Shown in pieces: positions 44,163 to 60,700 of a stretch of DNA of 64,000 bases (positions within the stretch are counted from its first letter, which is position 1; every line of letters starts with the position of its first letter). The translations under genes and the position numbers were made by a program. The notes beneath the pieces are model-generated. The model saw only the letters and a program-made list of their open reading frames with translations. It was not told the DNA's origin and did no database searches. This DNA is from Balanoglossus misakiensis (lineage: Eukaryota; Animalia; Hemichordata), in contig CM082589.2 of assembly GCA_040954595.2 (NCBI GenBank), positions 7,882,232 through 7,946,231 of the forward strand, written 5' to 3'.

Positions 44163-44338
44163 CACAGGCACTCAAGACGATCGCTTCGCGATGGGGGGGG
44201 GGGGGCTGCAGTTCGCGATGGGGTGGGGGTGGGGGGCTTCAGTACTTTATATTTAGGGGTACTGAAGCCCCCACCCACACCCCATCGCGAACTGCAGCCC
44301 CCCCCCCCATCGCGAAGCGATCGTCTTGAGTGCCTGTG
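44163..44338. mobile_element. 176-bp GC-rich foldback MITE, CA...TG termini, 8-bp TSD (P- or hAT-type)
   Basis: atataaat|cacaggcactcaagacgatcgcttcgcgatggg...cccatcgcgaagcgatcgtcttgagtgcctgtg|atataaat. Confidence 0.82.
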
Positions 44339-44351
44339 ATATAAATGACCT

Positions 44352-44863
44352 TTAAAGGCACGTAAGCTGCAACTGGATAAAAAATCAATGTTTTAAATAA
44401 TCTCATATATGCTTTTAATTATATCTATTAAATGCTATTTCATGATAATATATCAAGCTCAACACTTATTTATGACAAAATGGCCAAAAATTAAAGAAAA
44501 ACGAAAATTCCTGAAATCTTTAAAAAAGTGCAATATTGCAATGAAAAATGAAAATCTGATGTCTCAGTGGTGTACATTTACTTCCATGAGCTCAAGTGGA
44601 TGAGATCATGTTTTGTTTATGAAGTTTCACAACCGGAAATGCGACATTTTCATTGTTTCTTTCATTTTCCCACGGTGGCGGCCATAATCGCTTGCGGCAA
44701 AGCTTTATTATTTATCTGGTTAAAACTTGCATATGCACTCAAATTTAGGGTTTCTAATGCTTGTGTATAGTTCACTGCCTTCATCTGCATGGACTAATGG
44801 TAGTGCAGTGTGAAACAAAAATTATGAAAATTATCCCAAAAGTTACAGCTTATGTGCCTTTAA
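44352..44863 (+). mobile_element. MITE family C, 504 bp, TTAA TSD (Kolobok-type)
   Basis: ttaa|aggcacgtaagctgcaact...agttacagcttatgtgcct|ttaa. Confidence 0.88.
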
Positions 44864-45742
44864 ACCCTAGTGTTTTCCATTTGCAAGCTGTCTACACGCA
44901 GGAGTCCTGTCGTTCTTCTGCAAGTCCGTGGTAAGAAACCATTTCCATCTCTGATCAATCCGTTAGCAGCCCTACGTACCGGTAGCTATTATTGGACGGT
45001 TTATACTACTTACTTAGACTATTCAGTTGTATTTCTGTACATGTACTCTCTCTAGTCTAAGACTACATACTGTAAAAAGTTTATACGGAAATGAACAACT
45101 ATGGCCAACATACAACAGACGCCATTGCACTGCCGATGGGCTAGAATTATTTCACTCAGTATATGTACAGTAGCCCCCCGGGGTTATGTCATATTAATGG
45201 CATATATATATATAGGCCCTATAGACATAATAGATGTATATGCACCGCAGTTTTGAACCCCTTTCACCTCGTGTAGACTTTGACCCCTGTTTATCTTACT
45301 CGACGATGACATTTGACGTCCGACTTTGACCACGCATATCCTTTATTTTGCTATGCTATATAGTCTTGGAGAATTCATTGTTACTAGTAATTGGCATGTT
45401 TACGACGGTTCTTGGAGTTCAACGGGTGACCCCTCCGCTGTCCCCGGGGCGTTGTCGAGGGACGTAACGTTGCGCCCAAGTCAGTCGTATGGCGGCGCTA
45501 CGTACGTGACTTGCATTCACATTGTCAACCCTAATGTAAACTTTTGACCCCAAAATGTTGTCGTTTGACATTAGTATTTGGCTTGCCGAAAATGTAGAAG
45601 TCTAAATCAATATTCATTTTCTCTTCATTTATTGTAAAGTTGACCTGTTTCACTATTTATTTAGTTATTTTTTCTGATGGGAATATGTCAGTTATGCCAC
45701 TTATGTCCGCTTTTCTCAGGTGAACGTTGATGTGAGGTTGCA

Positions 45743-48508
<2,766 letters not shown>

Positions 48509-49239
48509 TTCCGTCCGTATTTGATCAGCATGCCTGTTTTTCACAACATTCATATATGACAGAAAACGGGGGGAAATGATTACTTGAGCGAGGAGAACAA
48601 GAAATTACTGCAAACTATCCAGAAGTTAGAGATAGGAAAATGTTTAAACATCTGTAATACAATTCCCATAACTACTATCAGGTTGTGTACATGTTCACTG
48701 CATGTACCCTTATGAAATATTATTATTTATGTTATTTACCTTCGGATGTTTGTCCAGTAATACTATGGAGCTTCAACAGCTGTTTGGAAAATCTCGCAAA
48801 TCTTAATGTAATTCTATGTCCTCTTGTTAAAGCAAATAGTCCACCCCTTTAGCTCGTATATTCGTCCTAGTTTTCAAAAAGTCAACATGGTCATCCGATT
48901 TTAGGACAACAAAAGAAAACCAAATAAAATATAAAAACAGAACACATTTAAGTACCAACCAACCAACCAACCAACCAAAACTATTTCAAAGTTACTTTCA
49001 TTGACAAAATTACTATTACATAGGTATTCATAGGTGGAATATAACAGGAAGATCTACGTAGTTATTTGATTAATGATGTCAGAATTAATTGCCATGATTT
49101 GTATTTACTCCCGCTGTCTGTACTGTGCCACAAGAATAGTCAGGTGTGTGATGTTGTAAATTATGGCTCTCATCGGACAATAAAAAACAAGCACAGTGTA
49201 GTCCCAACTAGCTGCCCTCGGCCATAGCAAAAGTTCTCG

Positions 49240-49420
49240 TATGATTGGCTTGTATTAGCCGTTCAATGCGCAGGTTGGGCGGTAGTTTGCGGTGTACTGT
49301 ACTTTGGCCACTGCCAGCGGCTGTAGCAAAGAGAACCTGTGACCTCAGAACCCCCAACCCAGGTCACGCAACAGCGACTCCAACGACGGAGGTCATAGTT
49401 CATCAGTGAAAATGGCGGCC
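49240..49420 (+). promoter_or_regulatory. Putative MAIP1 promoter: reverse CCAAT box and YY1-like motif over the ATG
   Basis: gattggc at ~49243 and aaaatggcggc at 49409-49419 in a CpG-richer region. Confidence 0.4.
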
Positions 49421-52400
49421 ACCATGGGAAGATATTCTCTACTGGCAAATTTCTGTCGAAGTAAACTGCATGTTCGTGTGATGTGTCAGAGGGGAATTGA
49501 TAGGACATACTGTACATCCAGATTAACAACTGCGACCCCATTTATTTTTGAAAAACGCATTCATTTTCAAAGTATTCTTCAGTGGCGATGTGACAGTAAG
49601 GGACAGAAACTGTTTGATCCAAAATACGTGTATGGAAATCGCTTTTGCACATTTTCTTCAGCGACAGTTGGATTCGATAGATGCGGTCTGAGAAGTAACC
49701 TAGTCTATGGCAGTATGTGTAAACTTACAACCATGTATTCTGGATCTCTACGCACGTACTGTAACAGTGCTGAAGATAAACCACAACCTCAGGTCAAAAG
49801 GATTTTTATTGGTTTGCCGAATCCTGTGAAATTGATAAGAAATGCATTGTTTTTCATGCTTATACGTGCTTACTTTGATCCAGAGTTTACACAGGACAGT
49901 TTCAAGGATGGTGCAAAAAAGGTAAGGATGCAGTACACGTAGTTTTGTTTTATGGGTGGTGTTTTATGGTGGATTTGTTGACTATGATGACACTCTATAA
50001 CACTACCACCAGAACAAGAACGTACTGATGTACAGCCAACACATTGACAGTCAGTACCAGGTTCTTATTGTTACAAAAACAATGATTACAGTTACAGGTA
50101 GTATTCTCCAGAACAAGAAGCCATCTCTGCATATTCAAGACACCGGCATCTTGTTCTTGGGAATATACAGTTATTCTGCCAACTCGCTTCATGTTAGAAG
50201 CTACTTCACCTGACAGCACTGACAAATGTTTCTGGCACCATGCCAGTCACCAGTTTTCGCTAAAATAGAAGGAGATGGGGATTGAAAATTATCCATTGTG
50301 GGGGGAAAAGAGAGGAACGTGTCAAAATGACAGAAATTTGTATTATTGACATGACAAGTAAAAAGCTTTGGAATCTTGTTCACTGTTGATTGTTACCTTT
50401 AAAGGCACGTAAGCTGCAACTTTTGGGATAATTTTCATAATTTTTGTTTCAAACTGTACTACCATTAGTCCATGAAGATGAAGGCAGCGAACTATACACA
50501 AGCATTATAAACCCTAAATATGAGTGCATATGCAAGTTTTAACCAGATAAATAATAAAGCTTTGCCGCAAGCGATTATGGCCGCCACCGTGGGAAAATGC
50601 AAGAAACAATGAAAATGTTGCATTTCCGGTTATGAAACTTCATAAACAAAACATGATCTTATCCACTTGAGCTCATGGAAGTAAATGTACACCACTGAGA
50701 CATCAGATTTTCATTTTTCATTGCAATGTTGCACTTTTTTAAAAATTGCAGGAATTTTCGTTTTTCTTTAATTTTTGGCCATTTTGTCATGAATAAGTGT
50801 TGAGCTTGATATATTATCATGAAGTAGCATTTAATAGACATAATTAAAAGCATATATGAGATTATTTAAAACTTTAATTTTTTATCCAGTTACAGCTTAC
50901 GTGCCTTTAAACATCATAAACAAAAGGAATGAATTATAAGAGTGTTCCCACCCATTTTAAAACAACTGCAACTCCAAGGATTATTGTATTTTTATTCTTG
51001 CAGGCTTTAGTGTATGTCTCCAACCAAATATCTAGTGGTAATTTTGATCAAATTATGGGTCTTCTTACAAAGGAGGTGAGTGGCCAGTACGCAATGACTT
51101 TTAGCCGCTAGAGATATGTAAATTGTATTGAGCAAGACTTACAAGCTAAAAAAAATTCGCAGTAACATTGCAATTTTTGCACAGGCAATATGACATAAAA
51201 CTTTGTAACAATGTATGGCGGTGTTCTATTACAGGCTTGCAATTGCCTACGCAATTTTGTTACATTTTACGCCAAGTAAATTCTGAATGCTATTTAAGTA
51301 TGCAAAGGGCAAAAATCTAATGGAACCTCTGCCAGTTTTCTCCAATGTCTTTGTAATCTTATTCTAGCTGAGACTCTGCCATTGATGTTTTCTTTGTAAT
51401 TACAGTACGCATCACAGAAGAAAGCATTTATATGTGACACATGGTTTTGTTGCATAAATTTGTGTATTTCAGGCCATGGAAGAAGTGGAACAGAGATACC
51501 GCAGACTTGGTGTCAAAGAAAGACAAAGTATTGCAATTAAAGAAGAAGATATTCTGTATTCGTTTCCACACCAAATTGACATTCATTATGATCCCACAGG
51601 TATGTAGGTGATAATATATGCACACAATTGACTTCATTTACCAACAGGCTCATTCATCAACACAAGTAAAAAAGCTGTCAAATATTTCTCCAGTATTTAA
51701 AGGGACAGTGTTGCCCACTTTTGACATTATTTTGAAGTCTAACAATTTCTATTCAATTTACACACAGAAAATGTAGTGGGACATAATGTGTGTGTCAATA
51801 TAGGGTACATACATGTATGTGTGCGAGTCAGTGACACAAGTGTGTGTCAATTTGTATTGTGTTGCAATCCAATTTTGCTAACAGGGCAGCCATTTTAAAT
51901 AATAACCGTATCAATATCATCATGTCCACGATCCCTCCATCCCTGTATGTCCAAAGCTGTCACTCAGGAGTCAGGCATCGCCATACTTTTTTCAGACTTA
52001 TGCAGGAACAATCAATAATGTTATACTTCAGATACCTTTTGTTGTAAGCTTTGTGCTATTAATAAACTTTGTGTAATTTCAGGAAGTAAATGGGTTTATA
52101 TTCTGATGAGGTTCTGGTGTCATTCCATGGCTACTACATCGGAAATGGCTCCCGAGATTCGAGCTATTGGTGCTCCCAAGGATATGCTGCAGAAATATGG
52201 CACTGTCATCAGATGCACATATGAGTAAGTGACTGTCTACTTGGCAACATGAAGCGATTGTGTCTCAAAGCCTTATTAAAGTGAAGGGGTCGTCGCGCCG
52301 CATTTGTTTGTTTATAAACATCACAATTCATCCACAAATCCCTGAAATTAGATAATTCTTAGAATCAACGAAACAGCCAACCGTAGCGTAGACTAGGCAT

Positions 52401-52761
52401 GACAGCAACTGAAGATCCTAGTAGGTCGTGGGGGGCTGCAGTGGGGTTTGTGCTGGTATGGGAGGACATATTCTCATTGAAGGGGACACCCACGTGGTGT
52501 GACAACCCATTTAGCCCCTCAAACTTTAACTTTTGGCGAATTTATAAATTATTTTCTCCAAAGTAGCATCTCTGGTGCCTTTTTCTACTCTGGATAGTGC
52601 AAAGAGAGAGAGGCCATCGCATTATACAAGTCATGCAAGTTTGGAGTGCACATTTACATTATTATGTTTCCATCACTTATTTCAGATTTAAGCGTGACTT
52701 TTCACCTGGAGTTGAACCAGAATGGACGATAGGGTTTATACAGCATGGAAATGTTCTCTGA
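49412..52761 (+). CDS. MAIP1: m-AAA protease-interacting protein 1-like (C2orf47), mitochondrial, ~308 aa
   Basis: Exons 49412-49921, 51004-51075, 51473-51599, 52083-52224, 52686-52761 (927 nt). Arg/Ser-rich N-terminus resembles a mitochondrial presequence. The segments GLPNP...LIRAYFDPEF...F..GAK.A..VS and C-terminal YEF.RDF..GVEPEWTI match my recollection of MAIP1. Confidence 0.85.
50399..50910 (-). mobile_element. MITE family C, inverted near-identical copy in MAIP1 intron 1
   Basis: Same 504-bp length and termini as 44352-44863; ORF 50659-50853 mirrors ORF 44409-44603. Confidence 0.88.
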
Positions 52762-54772
52762 AGAATGAGCGCTGTTTTCAGTCGATAATACATCATACAC
52801 AGTGCCTTATGTAACATCAGTGAAGTCAACTCGTTATGTTTTGTAACATTCAACAATTTCTGGTGATGATATTGATGGAGATTGTGTCAGGTTTTTCTGT
52901 GCATAAGGGCTGTGTTTCCAGAATGATGGAAGAAAAAACTTGATTTTAGAAATTTAGTATGCTAAATGTTATACATGTACATACATTGAATTTTATTTGA
53001 TGGTAGCAATGAGAATGCTAGACATGTTGTGCTTTTGTTTTCTCATTAATCTATTCAAGTCCCATAAGCTGTAACTTGGTATTTTTGTTTTGTGTATCTA
53101 CTGCAATTTTTTGATCAAATCCCTGGCCAGTTTGTGGTATATCATCACAGCCTACATGTGTGTAGTCAGCACTGTTGTGTGCAAAATATGAATTCAAGTC
53201 CAGACTAGAATTTATTTGTCAACAATAAATGGTTGTTGTGCACATACAGGCAATGTTGACAAGTGGAGATCTTTACTAGTATGCTGCTTGGAGCATATCG
53301 AGGAATTAATCATTTGGGACACAGACTAAAAATACTTAAAGTATAGCCAAAAGTTACAGATAATGCCCCTGTAATATAGAGGAACCCATTCTAGTATGTG
53401 ATTCCTATTTGGATACTTTGACTTTACATCCTGATTTTTTGTTGTCACTTTAGCATCTCAATATTTGCCTTTTTTGTAAAGTACAACTGTCTGATATATG
53501 TATTCACAGCAAAATAAAAAATTGTCTTGATTGATGCTGAGTTAGACGTATAAAGACAATAAAGAAAATGTTATTTGAGCTGTCTCCCTGTCTCTCGTAT
53601 TCTATTACCAGTGGGATTTGTGGCCACTATATAGAGGTGGTCACTAACACAGGTTTGACTGTAATACTAGTATGTATCCCATAGTTCATTATACCGAGTT
53701 TGAATGAAATTAGGGCAGATGGATGTATAGAGCCCGATCTATTAGCCCCTCAGACTTTGTCTCTGGGGATTGAATACAAAGCAATTACGTGACATGAAGT
53801 AAGTCAAGAATGCATATTTTATTACAAAAATGATATATCTGGGTACAAAATTACCTGGACTGGAAAAAAAAGAAACATCAATATGCAATTGGCAGAAGTC
53901 ATTGTAAGTTAAAGTGTAGATGAAACACCCAACTAACACTGTTAAAAAATCCAGCATTTATTGGCCAAATGAGGACCACTAGCTCCAGTTAATAATAGCA
54001 GTTAGCTGTATTTTTAAATCATTTTTTTCTGTACTAGAAATGTGGTTGTTCAACTCTAAAGTATTGATCAATATTCTTCTTATTATAAACTGCAAAGATG
54101 TGTACAGGCAACTTTGATATTGAAGTCTGGGGCATAGAGGGTAGAAATAATGAATATAGAGATTACAACAGACTGCAGTTGGAACATAGAACAAAGATAT
54201 AAGCAATGGTCAAAATAACAGCTGATAGACCTTTACATAAACAGTCTTCCTGGTATAGACATTTAATTGATAAGTACTATAGAACTGCTTCAATTCACTG
54301 TATCAAATGTCCTCACATCATACAGTGAAGATTATTCATAACACTCTCAAAACTCCCATCGGCTGATCTGATCACAGCAAGGAAGTAACCAAAAACCACC
54401 TGTGTTTGCATTTGGACTTTGTATCACCATCTTGTTACTGTCCATCGACATTTGAAACTGGTGGTCAATGATTTGGACCACTGAAAGAAAATGAACTATT
54501 TTTCAAGTGAATGAGAAAATCGTGTGTAAGGATGGCAGTGAGGAGATCTTAAATTTACAAATACACACATACTGTAAAACACTTTATTTTCGCGAGTTGA
54601 AATTTTCACGATATCGAGAGAGGCCACTGTTTCGTGAGTATTAATTTTCACGTTCTCTTATTTCATTCACTGCATCGTTTTCTTCAAAAACAATTTACGT
54701 GACTTTTGTTGCAAATAGGGTGGAGCATTATGGTTGGAAACTCTTTAAATGTTCTTTACTTTCGCCCGTGAC

Positions 54773-57700
54773 TTATTCAAATGCAAGATGAAAACTTCTT
54801 TCTTGCTGCTTTCTGATAGTGTCATTCTGTTTGGAGATTTCATCAACCTTCCTCTGTAACATTGCTGTAATACAAATCATACACATAACTTTAAGTCATT
54901 ATACACTAACAAACATTATGCATTATCTTTGGTAGCTGGCTCTAATAGCAACTGATCGTTATTCTTGTATCAGAAATACAGGGCAGATGATCAAAGCTCT
55001 GCTTGACATTTGGAGGCAGAATGTGTGGGGATAAATGATTGTAAAAGCCTCATATTTTAGGATTCCCTCTTTTTTACTAAGTCAAACTAGGAACTCCGTT
55101 TAGTTGTCTCCAGCAGCGGTTTTATACCTTGATTTTAAATTGACTTCTTGGATGAACTATTTTACAAATTTCTCTCATAAATAATATCTGTCAACATAAC
55201 TTAATACAAACCTGTGTTCTGATCAACCCACTGCAATGAGTCCATGTGTGCATTCAGAATTTTTGAGATCTGTTGAATCTGAGACAAATCAAAAGTCAAT
55301 GAAAAATCAATCTTAGAATTCTATAAACTAAGGCAGTAAAAATGGTAGGCTATGACTTGTGTTTGGTTCCGAGTAAACAGATGCCAGATACCGTACACAT
55401 TGAAATTAAGGGCCTGATGGATCATAGTCTTAGCACTCATAGAAATTGTCACAATTGTTTGGTTGACATTGTCCCCATAATTAATTCTGTTTACATACAG
55501 TAGACAAGTTCGGTGTTTCAACTACCTTGCAACTCTGAATTCTGACCACCTATCTTCCTGGACACCCTTTTCATAATTCTAGCGCCCTCACACAACCATA
55601 ATGAATTTGAACTCAAAGCGAGACCAATTGGAAAATTTCCTTGATGTGATTGGTCAACTTTCCCAATTGACCTCGCTTTGAGTTCAAGTTCATGATGTCT
55701 GTGTGAGAATTACAGAAAGGGTGTATAAAATCAATATGTTTTGTACTTACAGGGTCATCTGTGTCTCTTGAAGATAGATTCATGTTATTCACATGTTCAA
55801 TGATTTCTTTCAAATCCTGCGCCATTCTCTTCAACTGTGAATCAATATTTTCAGCTGTGTGATAGCTGAAATATAACAATACAAAATACGATAATGGACT
55901 TCTTTCTTATGAAAACAAATGAATAAAGAACATGCAGTAGCATTGGAAGCTGCACTATCTGTGACCTTAGTCTTTTTTTTCTCAATATTTTTAAATTTCC
56001 CGACTTGCTACTCCTGGCAGGGTTACAGGAAAAGACCAAAAGTCAGAGCATTCTACGACCACAAAATATTCAGGGTTTATTAGACGAAAAGGACATGTTA
56101 TTCAGAAACATTTTCCCTTTTATTTCATTACTTACGTGTCTTCCCTTTCAAGATCTGCATGTTGTGCATACACTGAACCTTGCTGATTTTTCACTGCATC
56201 TTCTAACGGTTTCAACATGTCATCTAATTCTCTTTGTTGACTCAGAATGAAGTCAAGTTCATGTTCAAGTCTGATGAGAATGCAATAAATATGAATGTGT
56301 TAAAGGGGAATTCCAAACTAAGTGATTTCCCCTCACTTGTGGTATTGTTGTAGGTAGCCCTGCCCAGGAATCTGTATGACTGGGCATAAGTCTGCATGAG
56401 GCCATAAAGGGTTCATAATAAACAGATGAGAGTAAACAAGGTGAGTTTGCCCAAGAGGTTGATCGACAAGCAATACTCATGGGAGTTCACTCACCTTTGC
56501 TGATCCACTTTGACCTTTTCAACATCTGTATGCAAGACTTTGATCTAGAGAAAAAAAGATTTAATTAAAATAAGATCATTGCAGTTTTCTGTCAGTAAAT
56601 CCTCTAAGTACATGTAAAAGTATATTTTCTTAAAGCCCTGCCCAGATATATCGATGCAATAGTGAAATACGAGAATGCGAATACTGATTGTCGCATAACA
56701 GTCCCCTTTTTTATATCGCGAAAATTTCCCATTTTACAGTAAATGTAGTGTAGTGGTAAGTAGCAAAAGAGCAATTACCTTTTCTCCATTGTCAATTAGT
56801 AATCTATCCCAGGCATTGACTTGCGTTGCTTGTGTCAAAAATACTTTTTCTTGGTCTTCTAATTGTACTGTCCACTTGTTGATTGCTTCTTCCAATTGTC
56901 GGTAATTCATACTACCACCACCACTGAACAAGAAGTTAGAAAAGCTCCATAAAGCTGTAACTTTTCGCTATGTTTTCAGTATTTTTGTGCTGTGTATCTG
57001 TGCCAGTTCTAACTTCCACATGATGTGGGCGATCCCATTTTCCGATCAGTGTCACTGCACGCCAGGCTGGGCGTATTTGCATAGCTATTGTTAGTATTTT
57101 GCAGTAGTTCATAAATAATTAAGAGCAGTTGTTTACCTATCGGAAAATGGTATCACCCACATCATGTTGGACAGCAGTTAGATTTGGTGCTTTTTTCCCA
57201 TGATTCAAATTACAGTAAACGCCATATTGGAAATTCTGCCAACTTTCCCTCGTTTTTGTAAAATATCGCCCGACTTATACATGCCCAAAGTTTTCATTTC
57301 TGAAAGAGTGATCTCAAAGCTACCGAAATATGTAGAAATCAGCTGGATCAAACTTCCCCTTTAATTTGATCAAATATTGTGAAAATGGCATAAAATACTT
57401 CCATGTCACTAATATTTTTGGTTTTCAACATTACTACTACCTTGTTATTTACCTTGTTGTAGTTGTTGTTTCTGATGTGGTCTTTGTTGCTGCAGCACTG
57501 CTTGTCAATCCACCCAATGCTAGACCTGAAAACACATATGATCATGAATATCAATCCTCAGTTTACTTTGATAGAAATTCTCGATGCAACAAGTACAGCA
57601 AATATTGAGGCAAAACCCTTCTGAACAGGATGCGAACAAAACCGTTTAACCTTAACGCTGTCAAGTCGATTGAAACTGGTTTGATTTCCAGGGTGCCTAG

Positions 57701-60700
57701 AATCCTGGCTCCCTGGCCTGTTAGACTGCCAAGTGCGTACGGCAGTAATCAGTAGGGCCTATACAACACCCTCAGACCAATACAGTGCAAACCAGTGCGA
57801 TTTGGTACATTTTACAGGGGGCTCAGACTGCCAAGTGTGTCTAAGTACGTATGAGAGCCATGTCAAGACAGTCAAAATACGTTTTAGAAGAAAAAGTGGC
57901 ATTTTAAGGGACTTGACACTCTAAACAGGTATGATACCCAGTAGCATTAGGGTTAACCCTGCAGCAAACTGAACACATTCGATTATCAATTAATTGACTG
58001 ATTGATTGATTGATTGAACCATCCATGCATCTTGTATGGAACCAAATATCCAAAGGTAAACAATTTTGAGTCAGTGGTACTTTGAGTTATGTTCATTGGA
58101 AACGAAAGTGCTCTCTGAAAGATGCAAGTTTGGAAAGTCCCATGAGCTGCAACTTATGGAAAATTATCACGAAATTTATTTTCAAACTGTACTACCGGTA
58201 ATATTAGCCCATACAGATGTACGCACTAGAAGTATATACATGTACAATTATTATAAACCCCAATTATGATTTCAACCAGATGAATATATGATGTCTACAT
58301 TCTTTTTCATAGAAGAACCCAGAGGAGAGAATGGTATAAAATCTGATTACTTCTGACAGATGACCTGTTCAAGCCCCTTCAGAAACTCATCTGGAGATGT
58401 CATTAGGGGTCTTGTCAAAATCAAACAGGGGGGCTTGCCCGGGCGCTCCCCGGCGCGCCTTGGCGTGCCCTGGCGCGCCCTTTCACGCCTGCAGACGACC
58501 CTCTAATGAGCTAATTAAGCTCATGAATAGTAATTAGTTACAGGAAGCGTGCCAGGTGACGCAATCGGCGCAGGCGGACCTCCCCGGCGTTAGTGATATG
58601 CCGAGAAAACAATGCGATTTGGCAACAATGTGTTGCAAACCTGACGCTATCAACAAATGGATGTGTATGTTGAGTTTTTTGCACGGGAATTCTGCAGATT
58701 TGTGAATAAAGTTGCAGTTCCGGTTTTGTGTGTCTGCGTGTGTGTGTTGAGTTTGGCCGGAGGCCGTAATTGAAATGACTGTCTTCTAAGTTTTTGGTGT
58801 GGGAAACAACTCTGACACCGAGCTAGATGCGATGCAGAATGCCTGAAACTTGACCTGAGCAGACAATGCATGGTTTGAACCCATGTGCTTTTTTATACAT
58901 GATGAAATCGGCCACATGTTGACCTCGTAATTTATTTAAATTATTATTCACGTCAAAAGCCGTTTAGACACGGGTGCAGGACGTCAGGGCTCCGTCTAGC
59001 CACTCATCTTTTTACCGGGTCGATCGATCGCTACGTTACCGGCAATACCACACATGTTGACCTCGTAATTTATGCGAAGTATTATTCACGTCAAAAGCTG
59101 CTAGACACAGGTGCAGGACGTCTGGCCCCGGTCTGGCCGGCCACTCATCTTTTACCACCCTGATTTGACCATTTGGCAAGGGCTTTGGAATAATAGGACT
59201 AATGTACGTTTGCAGTAATAAGTTTCTCATCAATATTCACGCAACCCGAGAGCGTGGCAAAGACGCATTTGGACTAAACCACTATACGTCAATAGATTTT
59301 ATTGAAAGTTCAGCGAGCAATGCTATCATGCATGCACGCTCGTAGTATTCACTTTGCTGTCAACTTTTATTTCAGGAATATTGTTTAGATAATACATTGA
59401 ACTGACTGGATTGGAACATAAAAATGTTAAAATTTTACATGTGAATTTGAAACTGACCATCAATTCATTCACTGCGGCCACCCCCCGAAAAATGCCACTG
59501 TGCCACTGTTACGATCATCATGAAAACTCAGTGCGTGACTGACCGGAACGTACCCCATTCGAGGCAGCATTGACTAGCTGTAGCCTGTTTCGCTTATCGA
59601 AAAATTTGCTTGTAAAACTAGGATGAAAAGAGAAAAAATTCCAATATTTCATGTGTTTTTATAATAAAGTTACAAAAGATACTTTACTTACTTTTCTCAA
59701 CATTTCATAACGTTTTTTTTTTTTTTTCAGCAGAGCTGAAAGGGGGGGGGGCACTACTGTTGCGTTTCCCTGCCTATTCTCTATTTTGTTCCAAAATGCC
59801 ACAATAATACTAATCCCAAAAGAATCATGTTGCTGTAGTGGTACTTTTGAAAACTTGTTGCAAAACAATAGCTACTCTTAGGCGTGTGTCGACTTTACGG
59901 GCATTTCTGGACCCAACGCGTTGTTGACAACGTACCGGAACTAATGATATGCAAAGCTCATGAATATGCGTGCATAATATATGAATATTCATCGGCGTGA
60001 AAGGGCGCGCCAGGGTACGCCAGGGCGCGCCGGGGAGCGCCGGGGCAAGCCCCTCTGTTTGATTTTGACAAGACCCCTTACAAAGAAGCGATCCATTTTC
60101 CTGTTACTCACCTAGTGATAAGCCTGTTGTTGATGTAGTTGTTGGTTGAGTGGTCTTCACACCAAAACCAACACCAAGCCCAGATGCTGAGGCTACAGAA
60201 AAAGCAAAGTCAGAAACTCATAAGTATGTCTCTCTCTCTCTGTGGTCACTGTTTTTCTAATTTTCCAATTCTATTTTTGAGGCTTATGCAAATTCCTGGC
60301 TACTGAAACCTCACTTTCAGGGTTGCCATTGTTTCTCATACATTCTGTACCTGAGTCATTATGACGTAGTCTGCAATGGATCAATGAAGAAAAAGACTTT
60401 GGGGCGGGGGTTGGGGGGAATGAAATTACTTATGCCATGTCTGCAAAATGGCCCTGAAAATAATTCATGGCACCATATTAGAGAGTTCCACAGCTATTCT
60501 GATATACTTGATACTGTAAAACACTTTATTTTCGCGAGATATCGAGAGAGGCCACTGTTTCGCGAGTATTAAAGCCCCAGTATTTCTCGTGTGCATCCAT
60601 TTTTCATCATCGAAAAAAGCCCGTTTTTCCAGTACATCCATCATGGAATACTATATAATGAAGATGTAAGAAAGGTTTGGGCAATTGTAGCTACGTGCAA

